NCBI RefSeq assembly: GCF_044704955.1
Contig: NC_091988.1
Coordinates: forward strand, 84,754,001-84,818,000
Length of the DNA stretch: 64,000 nt
DNA from: Pristiophorus japonicus
Lineage: Eukaryota
Direction: 5' to 3'
Both the position numbers and the translations under genes were made by a program. Under the pieces are notes generated by a model. The model was not told where the DNA came from. It saw only the letters and a program-made list of their open reading frames with translations, and did not search any database. Positions 1 through 10,666 of the stretch are shown piece by piece. The stretch's first letter is position 1. Each line of letters opens with the position of its first letter.

Positions 1-311
1 TGGAGTCGGGCAGTGGTACGGAGATGGAAATAGACTTCTTTCAGTGAAACATTATCAAAGCTCTTAATAAAATATAGCTCTGTATTTATCTGAAGTCAAA
101 AAGTATGTGTAAATTTAAATAGTTTGAATAGAATGTATGTTCTTTAGGGGGTCTGTATATGTTTCTTTCATTATATTCTGCTTCAGTAAATCTTCAGTAC
201 ATCAAAAAACAAAAGCTGAACTTGTCTTGTTCCCATAGACCCAGATAGTCTCCAGCCTGGAGCATCTCCCGATCACTGACCCAGTCTGTGTGAAAAACTT
301 TCTGGAAACAA

Positions 312-403
312 CCAATTAGTAAGATTGTTGGATAGTCTATTGGTTTCGTTGAACCACACCTGCTCCAATTGTTTTCAGGTGATGGCAGGCTGTGTGTATA
401 AAA
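312..403 (+). promoter_or_regulatory. ZP3 G1 proximal promoter (CCAAT, inverted CCAAT, three E-boxes, TATA)
   Basis: CCAAT 312-316, ATTGG 339-343, CACCTG 357-362, CAATTG 366-371, CAGGTG 376-381, TATAAAA 397-403; ATG at 456. These motifs are conserved in all five promoter copies. Confidence 0.75.
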
Positions 404-455
404 GGGGATCAGGGGCCTCCCCACAGAGCACAGTTGAGCTGCAGTAGTTTGTATT

Positions 456-3400
456 ATGGGGCAACTAGTGAAGGGTTTGGGTCCTCTGTTGGTGTTGATT
501 GGAGTTGTTTGTTGCTCTGATACTAGGCAGCGGTTTAGAAACTGGGACTTCCCATGGAGCATTGAGAAGGCCACTCGTGTCCCTTCTGGCCCAGATTTTG
601 GTTCTGATTTCAGTAAGTCTGAGGGGCAAAGTGTGTCTCCACTGCAGACTGTGATGGTACAGTGTGGAGAGCAGAACCTGCTGGTCAGTGTGCAGATGGA
701 TTTATTTGGAACCAGGCACTTGATTAAAGCAGCTGATCTGACCCTGGGGTCAACAGGTTGTCGGCCTACTGGGGTCTACTCTCAGAACCACACTTTCCTA
801 TTTCACTATGGGCTCCATGAATGTGACAGCACAATAAAGGTAATGTGATTCTTGATCTAAAACCTTCTGCAAACAATGGGCCACTGGGAGGAGGAACATG
901 GGCATAGACTAGTTGGGCTGAATGGACTGTGTGCTGAACATTCAATGAAATATTTGGACCTGTAACAATATGATTTTAATGTAAGCTTTCATTTTGATTG
1001 GACTTCATGATCAGAATATTTTAGTGAGGTCTGTTTCAATGAGATACTCATGGAGGTTTCTTTCCCTGATTCAATGTTTTATTGATTGAATCTAAACTGG
1101 TCATCTGTACTGAAGTACATGGTGACTAGACTGCCTTGAGCAATGTAACAATGGAGGGTGAGATGAAGGGTTGTGGCAACATGGGTGACTTTTTTTGATG
1201 TACGTTTGGTGGTTTAGTTTTGATTTCTGAGATTGAACTCCAACTTTATCCCAACCGATGTTATATTTCACAATTTGTAGAAAATCATGGGAACTGATTA
1301 CTAAATATTCAAGGGTTCTTTTATGCGAAAATGCTTTGACAGAATGAGGCATTTTTCATCAAATTGAGCTGCCCCTAGAGTAAAGGCAGAACATGCTTAT
1401 GGTGAAATTGTACTGAGGAAACCTAGACTGAAGACAATCCTTTTGAAGGAATTGTCAGGATTGTTTAAATTTGGAATGTTATGTCTTGCATAGTCAGACT
1501 AGATACTGCGAGCTCAAAGTAAGATGTGACCATAGTCCTTTTATTACAGATCAGAGTAGCCTGTGAGACCTCCTTCTTTTTTTTTTAATATATAATGATG
1601 CTCCCATGGCATAGTGGGATACCTTGGGACTCCAGGGGATAAGTCCTCTGGTGGTTTGACATGGTATTTAAAGGTTTACATGCATCACCATAAGTGACCA
1701 TAAAGTACTGAGGCCAATGGAGCAGTTATCCCTAGTGCTGTCTTCCATCCCTAAACCCCTCTGCCTTTCTACCACTCCATCTGTTTATGGTACTTATTCA
1801 AACTTTGCTTAAGTGGCCAAGCCTTTCGTCAAATATCTTGCGTCGATTGGTGCCAAACTTTTTTTTTTAACCTCCCGTGAAGTGCCTTAATGTTTTACGA
1901 TGGCAAGTGAGTTATATAAGTGCTTGATTGAGGTTCCCTTCCCCCAGAGGCTGAAATATCTCTTCAAATGCATTTGGATAGAGCTGGGACTCTAATTAAT
2001 AGAAGTATGAATTGCTGTGTGTTTCTCTAAACACTGCTCTCTTGTACAAGAATGACTCCCTTGTTCTGTACCTGACCCTGACCAGATCACATTTTCTCTC
2101 CCAGATGACGGACGACCTGCTGATTTACACCACCCACCTGTACTACAAGCCGAGCCATATTGGAGGAGTCATTGTGAGAACCAGTGGAGCAGTGGTCCCT
2201 ATTGTGTGCCATTATCCCAGGTAAGGTGGATGATTGACAGGCTCTCCTTTCCTCCAATGGCGGTTGGGGGTGGTGGGGTTTGTGAATTGGAAGTTAAGCT
2301 GGCCGCCTTCCTTCCCAAAGGAAGAGGACAGTGAGCAGCAATGCGATCAAGCCCACCTGGGTCCCCTTCTCCTCCACCAAGGCAGGAGAGGGACGTCTGT
2401 CATTCTCCCTGCGTCTGATGACTGGTAAGTGATCGTCAATTGTCTACCATGCCTGTTTTACCCATTCCTTGGAATCAAGTGAGGAACCCAAAGCTTGTGT
2501 TCCTGTGCTCATTCTCTTTCCCTTTCCAGCTAACTGGAGTGCAGAGCGTACCTCCAATATCTACTACCTGGGTGACCTCATTCACATCGAGGCCTCTGTG
2601 ATGACCGTGAACCACATGCCTCTGAAGCTCTATATTGACCGCTGTATAGCTACACTGAGCCCAGACCAGGACTCCACCCCCAGATACAACATTATTGACT
2701 TCAACGGGTAAGGTCTTTATCTGGGCTGCATAAGTCACACTCCTAACTGTTTGGCGGAGGGAATCCATTCTTAATGATGCAGCTCTTTCTGACCCTCTTT
2801 CCAGTTGCCTGTTGGACAGCCGAGATGAAGACTCCTTTTCTTCCTTCGTGTCACCACGAGATCACCTGGATAAGCTTCAGTTCAAGCTGGATGCATTCCG
2901 CTTCTTTGAAGACGACAGGGACTTGGTAAGAGGAGACCAGATGTTGAGACGGTGAGCGTTTGACATTGAGTAACTCCTGCATGTGTCTCCTGCAGATCTT
3001 CATCACTTGCCATCTGAAAGTAGCTGCAGCAGATCAAAGGCCAGATTCAGTCAACAAAGCTTGTTCCTTCCAGAAGCCAGCCAACCGGTGAGTGAATTCT
3101 AACCAACAATGGTGATCGTCTTTGGTCAGAATGCATCCATATGCCAATCGTGTGCTTCCTTGTTTGTTTAGATGGTCCCTGGTGACTGAATTGGACATGT
3201 CCATGGTGGAAGGATCTAATGAGGTTTGTGCCTGTTGTGATGGGGGCAACTGTGGAGCCTCGAGATTGCGATCTGGAGGAAGACTTCACTCCAGGGACAG
3301 GAGGGAAGTCCTATCTGAGCTGGGTATGTTGTGGTGGTATTGGGTGTTGGGGCTATTGTTCGATGTTTGTTTGTAACTGGATGGAATGAATTGTTGCAGA

Positions 3401-3694
3401 GTCGGAGCCTGTGTGGGAGGGTGAAGTTTCCCTTGGACCACTGATCATTCTGGATGCTGATCTGAAGGACCTGGTCCATTCGATGGGAAGTGAAGCTGTC
3501 GAGACTCGTGAGGAGATTCCGAGTTCTTCTCCAGGTGAGTGTTGATTTTGAGAACCCAATTCCAGTCTAGTGACTCCTGACTCAATGGCTTCTCATTCTC
3601 TGCAGGTGAGGTGCTTCTGGTTGTGACGTTGGCAGTTGGGGCCCTGATCTCAGCCACTCTGGTGGCCGCCTTCCTCTTTAGGAAACACACCTGA
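456..3694 (+). CDS. ZP3: ZP3/ZPC egg-coat glycoprotein, copy G1, intact, 9 exons, 456 aa
   Basis: Exons 456-839, 2105-2220, 2321-2424, 2530-2707, 2805-2925, 2996-3087, 3172-3323, 3400-3534, 3606-3694. All introns are GT-AG; total 1371 nt, open frame. Signal peptide; ZP-N Cys (VQCGE, TGCRP, HECDS, IVCHYPR); PTWVPF; internal hydrophobic patch LSFSLRLM; ZP-C (IDRCIAT, NGCLLD, ITCHL, NKACSF); ZP3-specific CACCDGGNC; furin site RDRR; external hydrophobic patch VSLGPLIIL; TM segment plus RKHT tail. Confidence 0.96.
1477..1688 (-). mobile_element. Short solo-LTR-like repeat in ZP3 intron 1 (best preserved in G2, 14719-14922; also in G3, G4, G5 introns)
   Basis: The G2 copy starts TGTTATG and ends CATCACA. 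On the minus strand a TATA-like tract lies upstream of an AATAAA. No clear target-site duplication. Confidence 0.4.
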
Positions 3695-3740
3695 ATCCTT
3701 TCTCATTTGGGCTTTTCTATCATTTGTCAAAAAATGGAGT

Positions 3741-3746
3741 AATAAA
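3741..3746 (+). terminator. Polyadenylation signal of G1 (equivalents at 16970, 26237, 37653, 53708)
   Basis: AATAAA about 47 nt after the stop codon, followed by a GT/T-rich stretch (TCTTTGGTCTTGGTGTTTT). Present in all five 3' ends. Confidence 0.75.
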
Positions 3747-5339
3747 TTTGAAATGTGAAGTGCTTGAATTAGTCTTTGGTCTTGGTGTTTTGAACTTCAA
3801 TTGTTTCAAAGGCCCTTTTGCCTGTGTTTAAATTCCACATTTCCCTTGTAACTGTTTTTATAAAAAAAAAAATGACTAAATTTCTAGTGCAGCTGCTTGT
3901 GCTATCATGATACTGGTCACGGCGACCATCCCACTCCCACTTTCCCTAATGAGCCCCCATTCTCTCCGACTGTTTCCAGCACATTAGTCGGTCCCGGTTC
4001 TCTGATTCAGTAAAATGGCCTTTTGCCCATCTGCAATATTTTACATCAGTTAAAGGCCACAGGGTTTTATTTTCATCCCAAATTGGTCCCAGTAGTGTGC
4101 AGATCATTGTTGGAAGGTTGAAATCCCAGCTGGAACATAATATTGAGTGAAAAATTGGGTCTGCCTATGTGGCTCTCCTTGGTAGAGCAAGGCTGCTAAT
4201 GCTTACAGGTGAAGAATGAATGAGTTTAGGCAGCAAAGGGCAGCCAACACCCTTGTAACTATTGGTGTGAGTCAACCATTCAGCAGAGAAAATGAGGGCC
4301 AGGGTGGAGTTACTGCAGATTATATAAATGTGTTTGCAAACTGTTGCTGGTAATGGTGCCATTCAACTGGGCTTTCTCCCAAAAGACTGACTCACTGACC
4401 CTCGAAGCTCCTTTACTCCCTGCACCTGCTGCCTATTTCCTTTCCCCTTCACTTGATTGACAAACCTGACCGCACAAATAATACATGGGAGAAAAAATCC
4501 AAACTGAAGTGTAGCCTCGATTGGCTGATTTCAATAGTCGCAGGATACTTGAAGTGGGCTAGTGTTGCAGCTGCTGACGTATGCAGGAAGAGGATTTGAG
4601 AAGTGAGGGGTGAAATTCTTCCAGGAAAAGGAAGACCAACCAACGTAACATGGTGTTGGAACAAGTGGCGGTGGTGAGGGATGAATTATCATAAGCTGCG
4701 GAGAGATTAAGGTGGCAGACCAGTGCTGCCAGCTTTCTCCCTTCAGTGAGCAGGTCCCTGGGCTTTGTGGCCGCTGCCGCCATCACAAACATTGGAAGGG
4801 GGGGGTGGAGGGGGGGTGCAGTGTTGTGTTTGGATCACAGCCACATTTTGCTCGGCTGGATTCCCACCTAATATGGCATGTTTTTTTTTTAAAGCTGACT
4901 TATTAAAGTTTTTAAATCAGTGGTGAGAATCCTGAACCTACCACTGAGTGGTTGAAACAAATGGCATGGATGTATATAGAGGGAGGTTGGACCAGCATGT
5001 CGGAGAAGGGATATGCTGCTAGATTTCAATGAAAGACTGGAGGAGACTCGAGTGGAGCATGGACTGATTGGGCAGAATGAACTGTTTCTGTGCTGTATAT
5101 CCTGTGTAAAATCCCAGGCTGCTTGGCAAGCCATTTGCAATATTTTTGCAGACCATTGGTTGAGCACCTCTGATCTGAAAGACATGAGACCAGATTTGGA
5201 GGCCTAGATTTTACTGATTCTCACCACCTGCCACTTTGGGGTCAGTTGAAACTCAGCAGTACCTGAGTTTAAAAGGATGGAACCTGCATGCATACAGCAG
5301 GGTAGGAGGCCACTTGACCCTTTTTGCCTGTATTTAATA

Positions 5340-5407
5340 TTGAAGCATGGAAAATAGGAGCAGTAGTAGGCTGTTTGATCCTGTACCACCATTCAATATG
5401 ATGTCTG

Positions 5408-5448
<41 letters not shown>

Positions 5449-5830
5449 CTCACCATATTCCTGCTTTCTCTCCATACTCATTTGTCTTGCTATATCTCAA
5501 ATATATTCCATGACTTAATTTCCACAGCCTTCTGTGGTAGAGAATTCCACAGGTTCACCACTCTCTGAAGAAATTTCTCATGTCCTAAATTTCCTACCCC
5601 TTATCCTGAGATTGTGACCCCCTTGTTCTAGACTTTCCAGCCATGGGCAATATCCAGTCTGTCTAACCCATCATAATTTTATACATTTCAATGAGATCTC
5701 CTCATTCTGCTAAACTCAATAAATGCAGGCCGAGTTGACTGATTTCTCTCCTCATACAACAGTCCTGCCATCCCAAGGAATCAGTCTGATGACCCTTTGC
5801 TGCACTGTCTCTATGGAAAGTATAACCTTT
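5340..5830 (-). mobile_element. CR1-type LINE 3' fragment, antisense (copies about 17970-18450, 27820-28290, 42280-42735, 55295-55760)
   Basis: Reverse complement resembles the 3' end of the CR1 at 41230-41630 (e.g. GGTAGAGAATTCCACAGGTTCACCAC vs GTGGTGAACCTGTGGAGTTCTCTACC). Boundaries approximate. Confidence 0.75.
5410..5447. repeat. (TC)n microsatellite
   Basis: Long TC run here; only 3-6 units at the paralogous sites (about 18045, 27897, 42355, 55368). Confidence 0.9.
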
Positions 5831-6249
5831 TTAGTACGTTAAATCTATCATCTGGTGATTGACCTTTCTGCTAGAAAGTGTTCTCCTCCCCATTCCTTAT
5901 GAAAACCTTCATTTTTTTTTGAAAGTCTCTATATTAAATCTCCCCTTCACAACTTTTCAAATAAATAAATCTCCACTCCTCTGGATTAAATATTGTGCCT
6001 TTTTAAATGGATGTAAGTAATAAGGAGCTGCTGCCATCTTTCTACAGAAAGTAGATGGGGTTACAGACACCCAGCATTCAGTCAGCCAGGAAGTTGTGTG
6101 AGCAGGTTCTAGTCTCCCTCCAGTGCTGAGGGAATAGACCAAAGCAGCATCTCCTTAATTGGCCACTGCAGGTAGGTATGTTTTAGACTCCACATACTGT
6201 AACTTCACTAAATGTGTTCCACATTTAATATTCCTTAATGGTTAGTTGT

Positions 6250-8460
6250 AATTGTCTTTTTTAAATAAGTTTCTACAGGTACAAAAAAAGGACAAGAATA
6301 GTTAAAGTATATGTTGGTCCCCTAGAGAATGAGACTGGGGAACAGGGAAATGGCAGACATTGAACAAATATTTTGTATTCTTCATGTTCGACAAAAAAAA
6401 AAATTCCAATAGTGGATAATCAAGGGGCTATAGGAGGGCAGAACAAGCTCTAAAGAAGTGGTACTCAGTAAAATGATGGGATTAAATGTGGACAAGTCCC
6501 CTGCCCCTGATGGCTAACATCTGAGGGTTTTAAAAGAAGTGGCTGCAGAGATAGTGGATGGATTGTTGTGATCTACCAAAATTCCCTGGATTCTGGGGCA
6601 GTCCCAGCAGATTGGAAAACCGCAAATATAACTGCCCCTCATTATTTTTTTTTTTAAATGAGGCAGTAAACTATAGACCAGTTAGCCTAATATGTCATTG
6701 GGGAAAATGCTGGAGTCTATTAAGGAAGCAGTAACGAGACATTTGGAAAAGCATAACTTTATGAAGGGGAAATCATGTTTGACAAATTTGCTGGTGTTTT
6801 GGTGAGGATGTAACAAGGTGGGTGACTAAAGGGGTACCAGTGGATGCGATGTATTTGCCTTCTGGAAATCTAAATAAGGTGCCATATTCATCACAAGCAG
6901 TCCCTCAAAACTAGGATGACTTCTTCCATGCCAAAAAAGGATGAGTTCACAGGTGTTTCAATGAAGGATCCTGAACAGTGGAAGATACCAGTACATGGAT
7001 TTTATTAAACGTTGGTGTCCGTTACACACCAGCCACCACACGGGCTTGACAGCTAGGTCTTGGCCCAGTGGCAAGGGTTATCCAAGACGACTGGAGACCT
7101 GCTCTGCTGCACTGGTCTAGTGCGCGAACACATCGCAGTGTGGGCTGGCCGGTGCTGCCCCTGGCCCCGAACTCTCCTCTCCTGGGCCCCGATCACATCC
7201 CTCCAGTCTCTTGCCACTCCTGCTGTATTTGCCCATGCTCCAATCACTGACCTGGACATTTATGTCACTGGTCACCATCCAGCACCTGATGGTCTCCCTG
7301 CAGTAAGCTGGCTGCTGCGCATGCTCCCTGCCCCGCAGCGGGACAATGGAAAGCGGTGTGACATCGAGGAAGCCCCGCCCCATCACTCCCTGCTCCCTGA
7401 GGCGGGTGGACTTGTGCAGACCAAAGATGGCGCCCGAACTCACTGCAACCCCCGACAGTAACAAAGGCCCATCCATGCCCGAAGGTGCCCCGCAGCCACT
7501 GCCGCTGACTCTGGCCAAATCCCCCCCCACCTTCCTGCACATGTACTTGAGTGCAAGTCTGCAGGGAGGTTGTGCGCTGCCCAGGCCACACCTCCATCCT
7601 CCGTGGTGGCTACAAAACTTGCCCATCCACCAGTAATCTCCCACGTAGAAGGTTACTGCACAAGATAAAAGTTCATGGGGTTGGGGGTAATATATTAGCT
7701 TGGATAGAGGATTGGCTAACAGAAGAGTTGGGATAAATGGGTAATTTTCCAGTTGGCAAACAGTAACTAGTGGAGTGCTGCAGGGATTGGTGCTGGGTCC
7801 TCCACTATTTACAATCTATTAATGATTTGGATGAAGGGACTGAGTGCAATGTAGCCAAGTTTGCTGCTGATACAAAGATGGGTGGGGAAAGTAAATTGAG
7901 AGGAGGATACAAAATCTAGAAAGGGATATAAACAGGCTAAGTGGGCAAAAATTTAGCAGCTAGAGTATAATATGGGAAAATGTGAGGTTATCTATTTTGG
8001 CAGCAATAATTGAGAAGCAAATTATAATTTAAATGAAGAAAAAGTGCTGCAGTACAGAAGGACTAGGTCAGAGGGGTGGTCTTTGTGCAAGAAACAGTTA
8101 GAATGCAGGTACAGCAAGTAATCAGGAAGGTAAATTGAATGTTGGCCTTTATTGCAAGGGGGATAGAGTATAAAAGCAGGGAAGTCCTCTTACAACTATA
8201 CAGGGTATTGAGGCCATACCTGGAATACTGCATACAGTTTTGGTCTCTGTATTTAAGGAAGGATATACTTGCATTGGAGGCTGTTCAGAGAAAGTTCACT
8301 TGGTTGCTTCTGGAGCTAAGGAGGTTGACTTATGAAGGTAGGGTGGGCCTATATCAGTGGTGTTCAGAAGAATAAGAGATGATATTGAATCATAAGATAA
8401 TGAGGGAGCTTGACAAGGTGGATGCAGAGAGGATATTTCCACTCATGGGGGACATAGTTT
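6250..8460 (+). mobile_element. Decayed CR1 LINE ORF2 fragment interrupted by a nested insert (A-type spacer; second copy about 43160-45365)
   Basis: CR1 peptides: GKSCLTNLL-like at about 6768, LLHKIKVHGVGGNILAWIEDWL, MLAFIARGIEYKSREVLLQLYRVLRPYLEYCIQFWS. Many frameshifts. Boundaries approximate. Confidence 0.85.
6885..7640. mobile_element. Non-coding GC-rich element nested in the old CR1, possibly RTE-related and antisense (copy 43783-44547; partial copies 18975-19372, 56287-56678)
   Basis: Splits the CR1 RT phrase K-V-P-H-R-R-L (AAGGTGCCA ... CACGTAGAAGGTTACTG). Its left end CATCACAAGCAGTCCCTC...GGATGACTT resembles reverse-complemented RTE-type 3' ends (recalled similarity, not searched). 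Confidence 0.55.
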
Positions 8461-8494
8461 TAAATGGGCGGCCCCTTATTCTGAGACTGAGTAC

Positions 8495-8592
8495 TCAACT
8501 AGTGTTGGCCTGGATTTTGTGCTGCAGTCTCTGGAGTGGGATTTGAATACCTGATCTTCTGACCTTGGGTAGGGGGTCTACCCACTAAAGCA
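8495..8592 (-). mobile_element. tRNA-derived SINE head, antisense (longer in B-type spacers, about 20635-20790, 29128-29282, 57940-58095; also about 45400-45497)
   Basis: Reverse-complement similarity to the SINE at 10383-10666, including a degenerate B-box (GTGGGATTTGAA). Confidence 0.55.
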
Positions 8593-9864
8593 AATTCCAT
8601 GTCTGATCTCCTCGGTACTAAACATTTTTAAAGACACTGACTCTTGTGGTACTCAGGCCAACAGAGCAGAAAATCCCAGATTTGATGCTTGGTCTGCTCA
8701 GTGTTTGCCAATCTCAGCAAGTGGAACAGAGTTGGCCTCTGACCCGTGGCTAGTGAGGAGGCAAGTTAGCTGAAGATTCTTGCTCCTGCTCACCATCTGG
8801 ACACCCTGTCTGGAAAGTGCAGTTGTGAGGAGTGGATTCAAATTTATGATGCTGTTTTGCTATTTCCCCCCCCCCCAACCCTACACTCCATCTCCCAGCT
8901 CCACCCAGGGGCTGGAATCAGTGTAAAACTCCCCGCGGGCTGTATTTGTAAACTTTTTATATATGTAAAGCATCATGATCTGAAAACATCTATGTAGCGC
9001 CATGTATAATGCAAGTTCTGTTTAGTAATGTATGTTGCAAAGAAATCTAACTAACCTCATCCATTCCATGTACTGTATGGTGCCATATGTAATTTAATGA
9101 CTGTATTACAATGTATCCTGAATTGTACCTCTGAAATGTAAAGCAAGCACCTGTGTTGAACGGAACTGCCGTCAGTATCTAAATGTATTGTATGGAATTG
9201 CTGACCACCTCCAAATGTACTGAACTGCTTTCCAATGTATTTTGTAAATTTTATATTCATGAAGTATATTTTGAAATAAAAAAAACTCCACTTCTAGCCC
9301 CACTACACTCAAATAGAGTGAAAATACTCATTGGCTGCTGGGCTTGTGAGCTCAGCCAATCAAGGTGAGAAATCTCTACGAATCAAAGCCTTCAGGCAAG
9401 GAGAACATTGGAGTGGGGAACAAAAAGACCCAAACTAAAACAAACTGAACTTTCTTCTTTGGCTTCTGCGATTCAAGGTATGAATTTGACCAAGCCTGAT
9501 GAAATGGAAGACACAAAACTCTTTCTCTCCCATTCTTTTTTACTCCCTGCTGCTTTTAATGGCCTTGGCTGAAATAAGTTTTAGGATAATCTCCACTCTT
9601 CCCACCCCAGACCCCACAGCCCAAAACTAACTCATAAATCAGGTGCTTAAAAATGGTCGGTCTCTCTCCCAGCTCTCAAGGAGTGTCTAGTGTGAGATGG
9701 GGTAATGCTACACTGGTGTAGGGGTTCTTGACCATGTCTGCTCGGTGTTAATGTTCATTGTTGGGGTCAGAATTTCTCTCCCAAATCTCCACCCAATAAT
9801 GTGAAATGTCTGGGAATCTGGTATGAAAATGACATTGTGGGGAAAACGGGCCAGCCCTGGATAT

Positions 9865-10205
9865 AGGGTTGCCAACGCTCCAGGATTACCCTGGAGTCTC
9901 CACAAAATAAAGATTAAATCTCCAGGACACTGTCGGTGAGCAGAAAAATCACAGGAGCATTAAAATAAATTGTCTTTTTCATTTTCTCTGAGCACGTCTG
10001 TTTATTGATGATAAAAATATTGGAGAAAGGATAAAATGGTTGTCTGACTGGGAGTCAAGAATCACCTGAGTGGGTAAGGAAGCAAGTCCGCTCTCCAATC
10101 AGGGTGGGAAGGTGGGGTGCCCTCAGGATGAACGTGTTGGTGGAAGGGTTGGAGGTCATGTGATGAAACCTCCAGGAATATGTCCAAAGAGGAGTTGGCC
10201 ACTCC
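9865..10205. mobile_element. Possible non-autonomous DNA transposon (in all five spacers)
   Basis: Degenerate terminal inverted repeats GGGTTGCCAAC ... GTTGGCCACTC (9/11 complementary); no coding capacity. Confidence 0.4.
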
Positions 10206-10382
10206 GCCTGGGTATCGGAACATTCTGCCTGGGTTACCGCCTCCGCATCTTATCCATTCATAGAGTAGTTTTACATATTACACGAAGCAATCTCTCCTGG
10301 TGTTGTCCATGGGAAGGACAGGATCTCTTTCTTGATCGCTATAGGGGCCCTGTGGAAGATTATACACAATAAAGGCCCAACA

Positions 10383-10666
10383 GGTCACCCATGGCTCAAT
10401 GGGTAACATGTTCCCTTCTGAGTCAGAAGGTCGTGGGTTCATGTCCCACTCCAGGGAGTTGAGCAGGTAATCCAGGCCAACACTTCCAGTGCAGTACTGA
10501 GAGAATGCTGCACTGTCGGAGGTGCCGTCTTACGGATAAGACGTTAAACTGAGACTCTGCCTGTAATTCTGACATTACAACAGTGACCATACTTGAAAAA
10601 TACTGAATTGACTGTAAAGTGCTTTTGGATAATCCGTGGTTGTGAAATGTGCTATATAGACACAAG
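10383..10666 (+). mobile_element. tRNA-derived SINE, DeuSINE/SacSINE-like with L2-type tail (copies about 22533, 31056, 47288, 59822)
   Basis: Pol III A-box TGGCTCAATGG 10392-10402 and B-box GGTTCATGTCC 10436-10446 (GGTTCAAGTCC in B-type spacers). Core GCTGCACTGTCGGAGGTGCCGTC; tail TGTAAAGTGCTTT...GTGAAATGTGCTATATA. The T/C-rich end resumes at 11258-11272. Confidence 0.75.

Noticed and set aside
456-848. 130-aa ORFs (456, 13700, 34454, 50414, 63220) as stand-alone small genes
   Set aside because: They are ZP3 exon 1; the final V-M-stop is read-through of the GTAATGTGA splice donor.
2475-3690. Antisense ORFs over ZP3 exons 4-9 repeated in each copy
   Set aside because: Shadow frames of duplicated coding sequence; lengths vary and they cross introns without motif support.
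7060-7644. Overlapping 110-175 aa ORFs on both strands
   Set aside because: They lie in a GC-rich repeat with few stop codons, and the frames differ between copies.
10383-10455. tRNA gene
   Set aside because: A and B boxes are present, but there is no convincing cloverleaf or poly-T terminator and the sequence continues into a SINE body.
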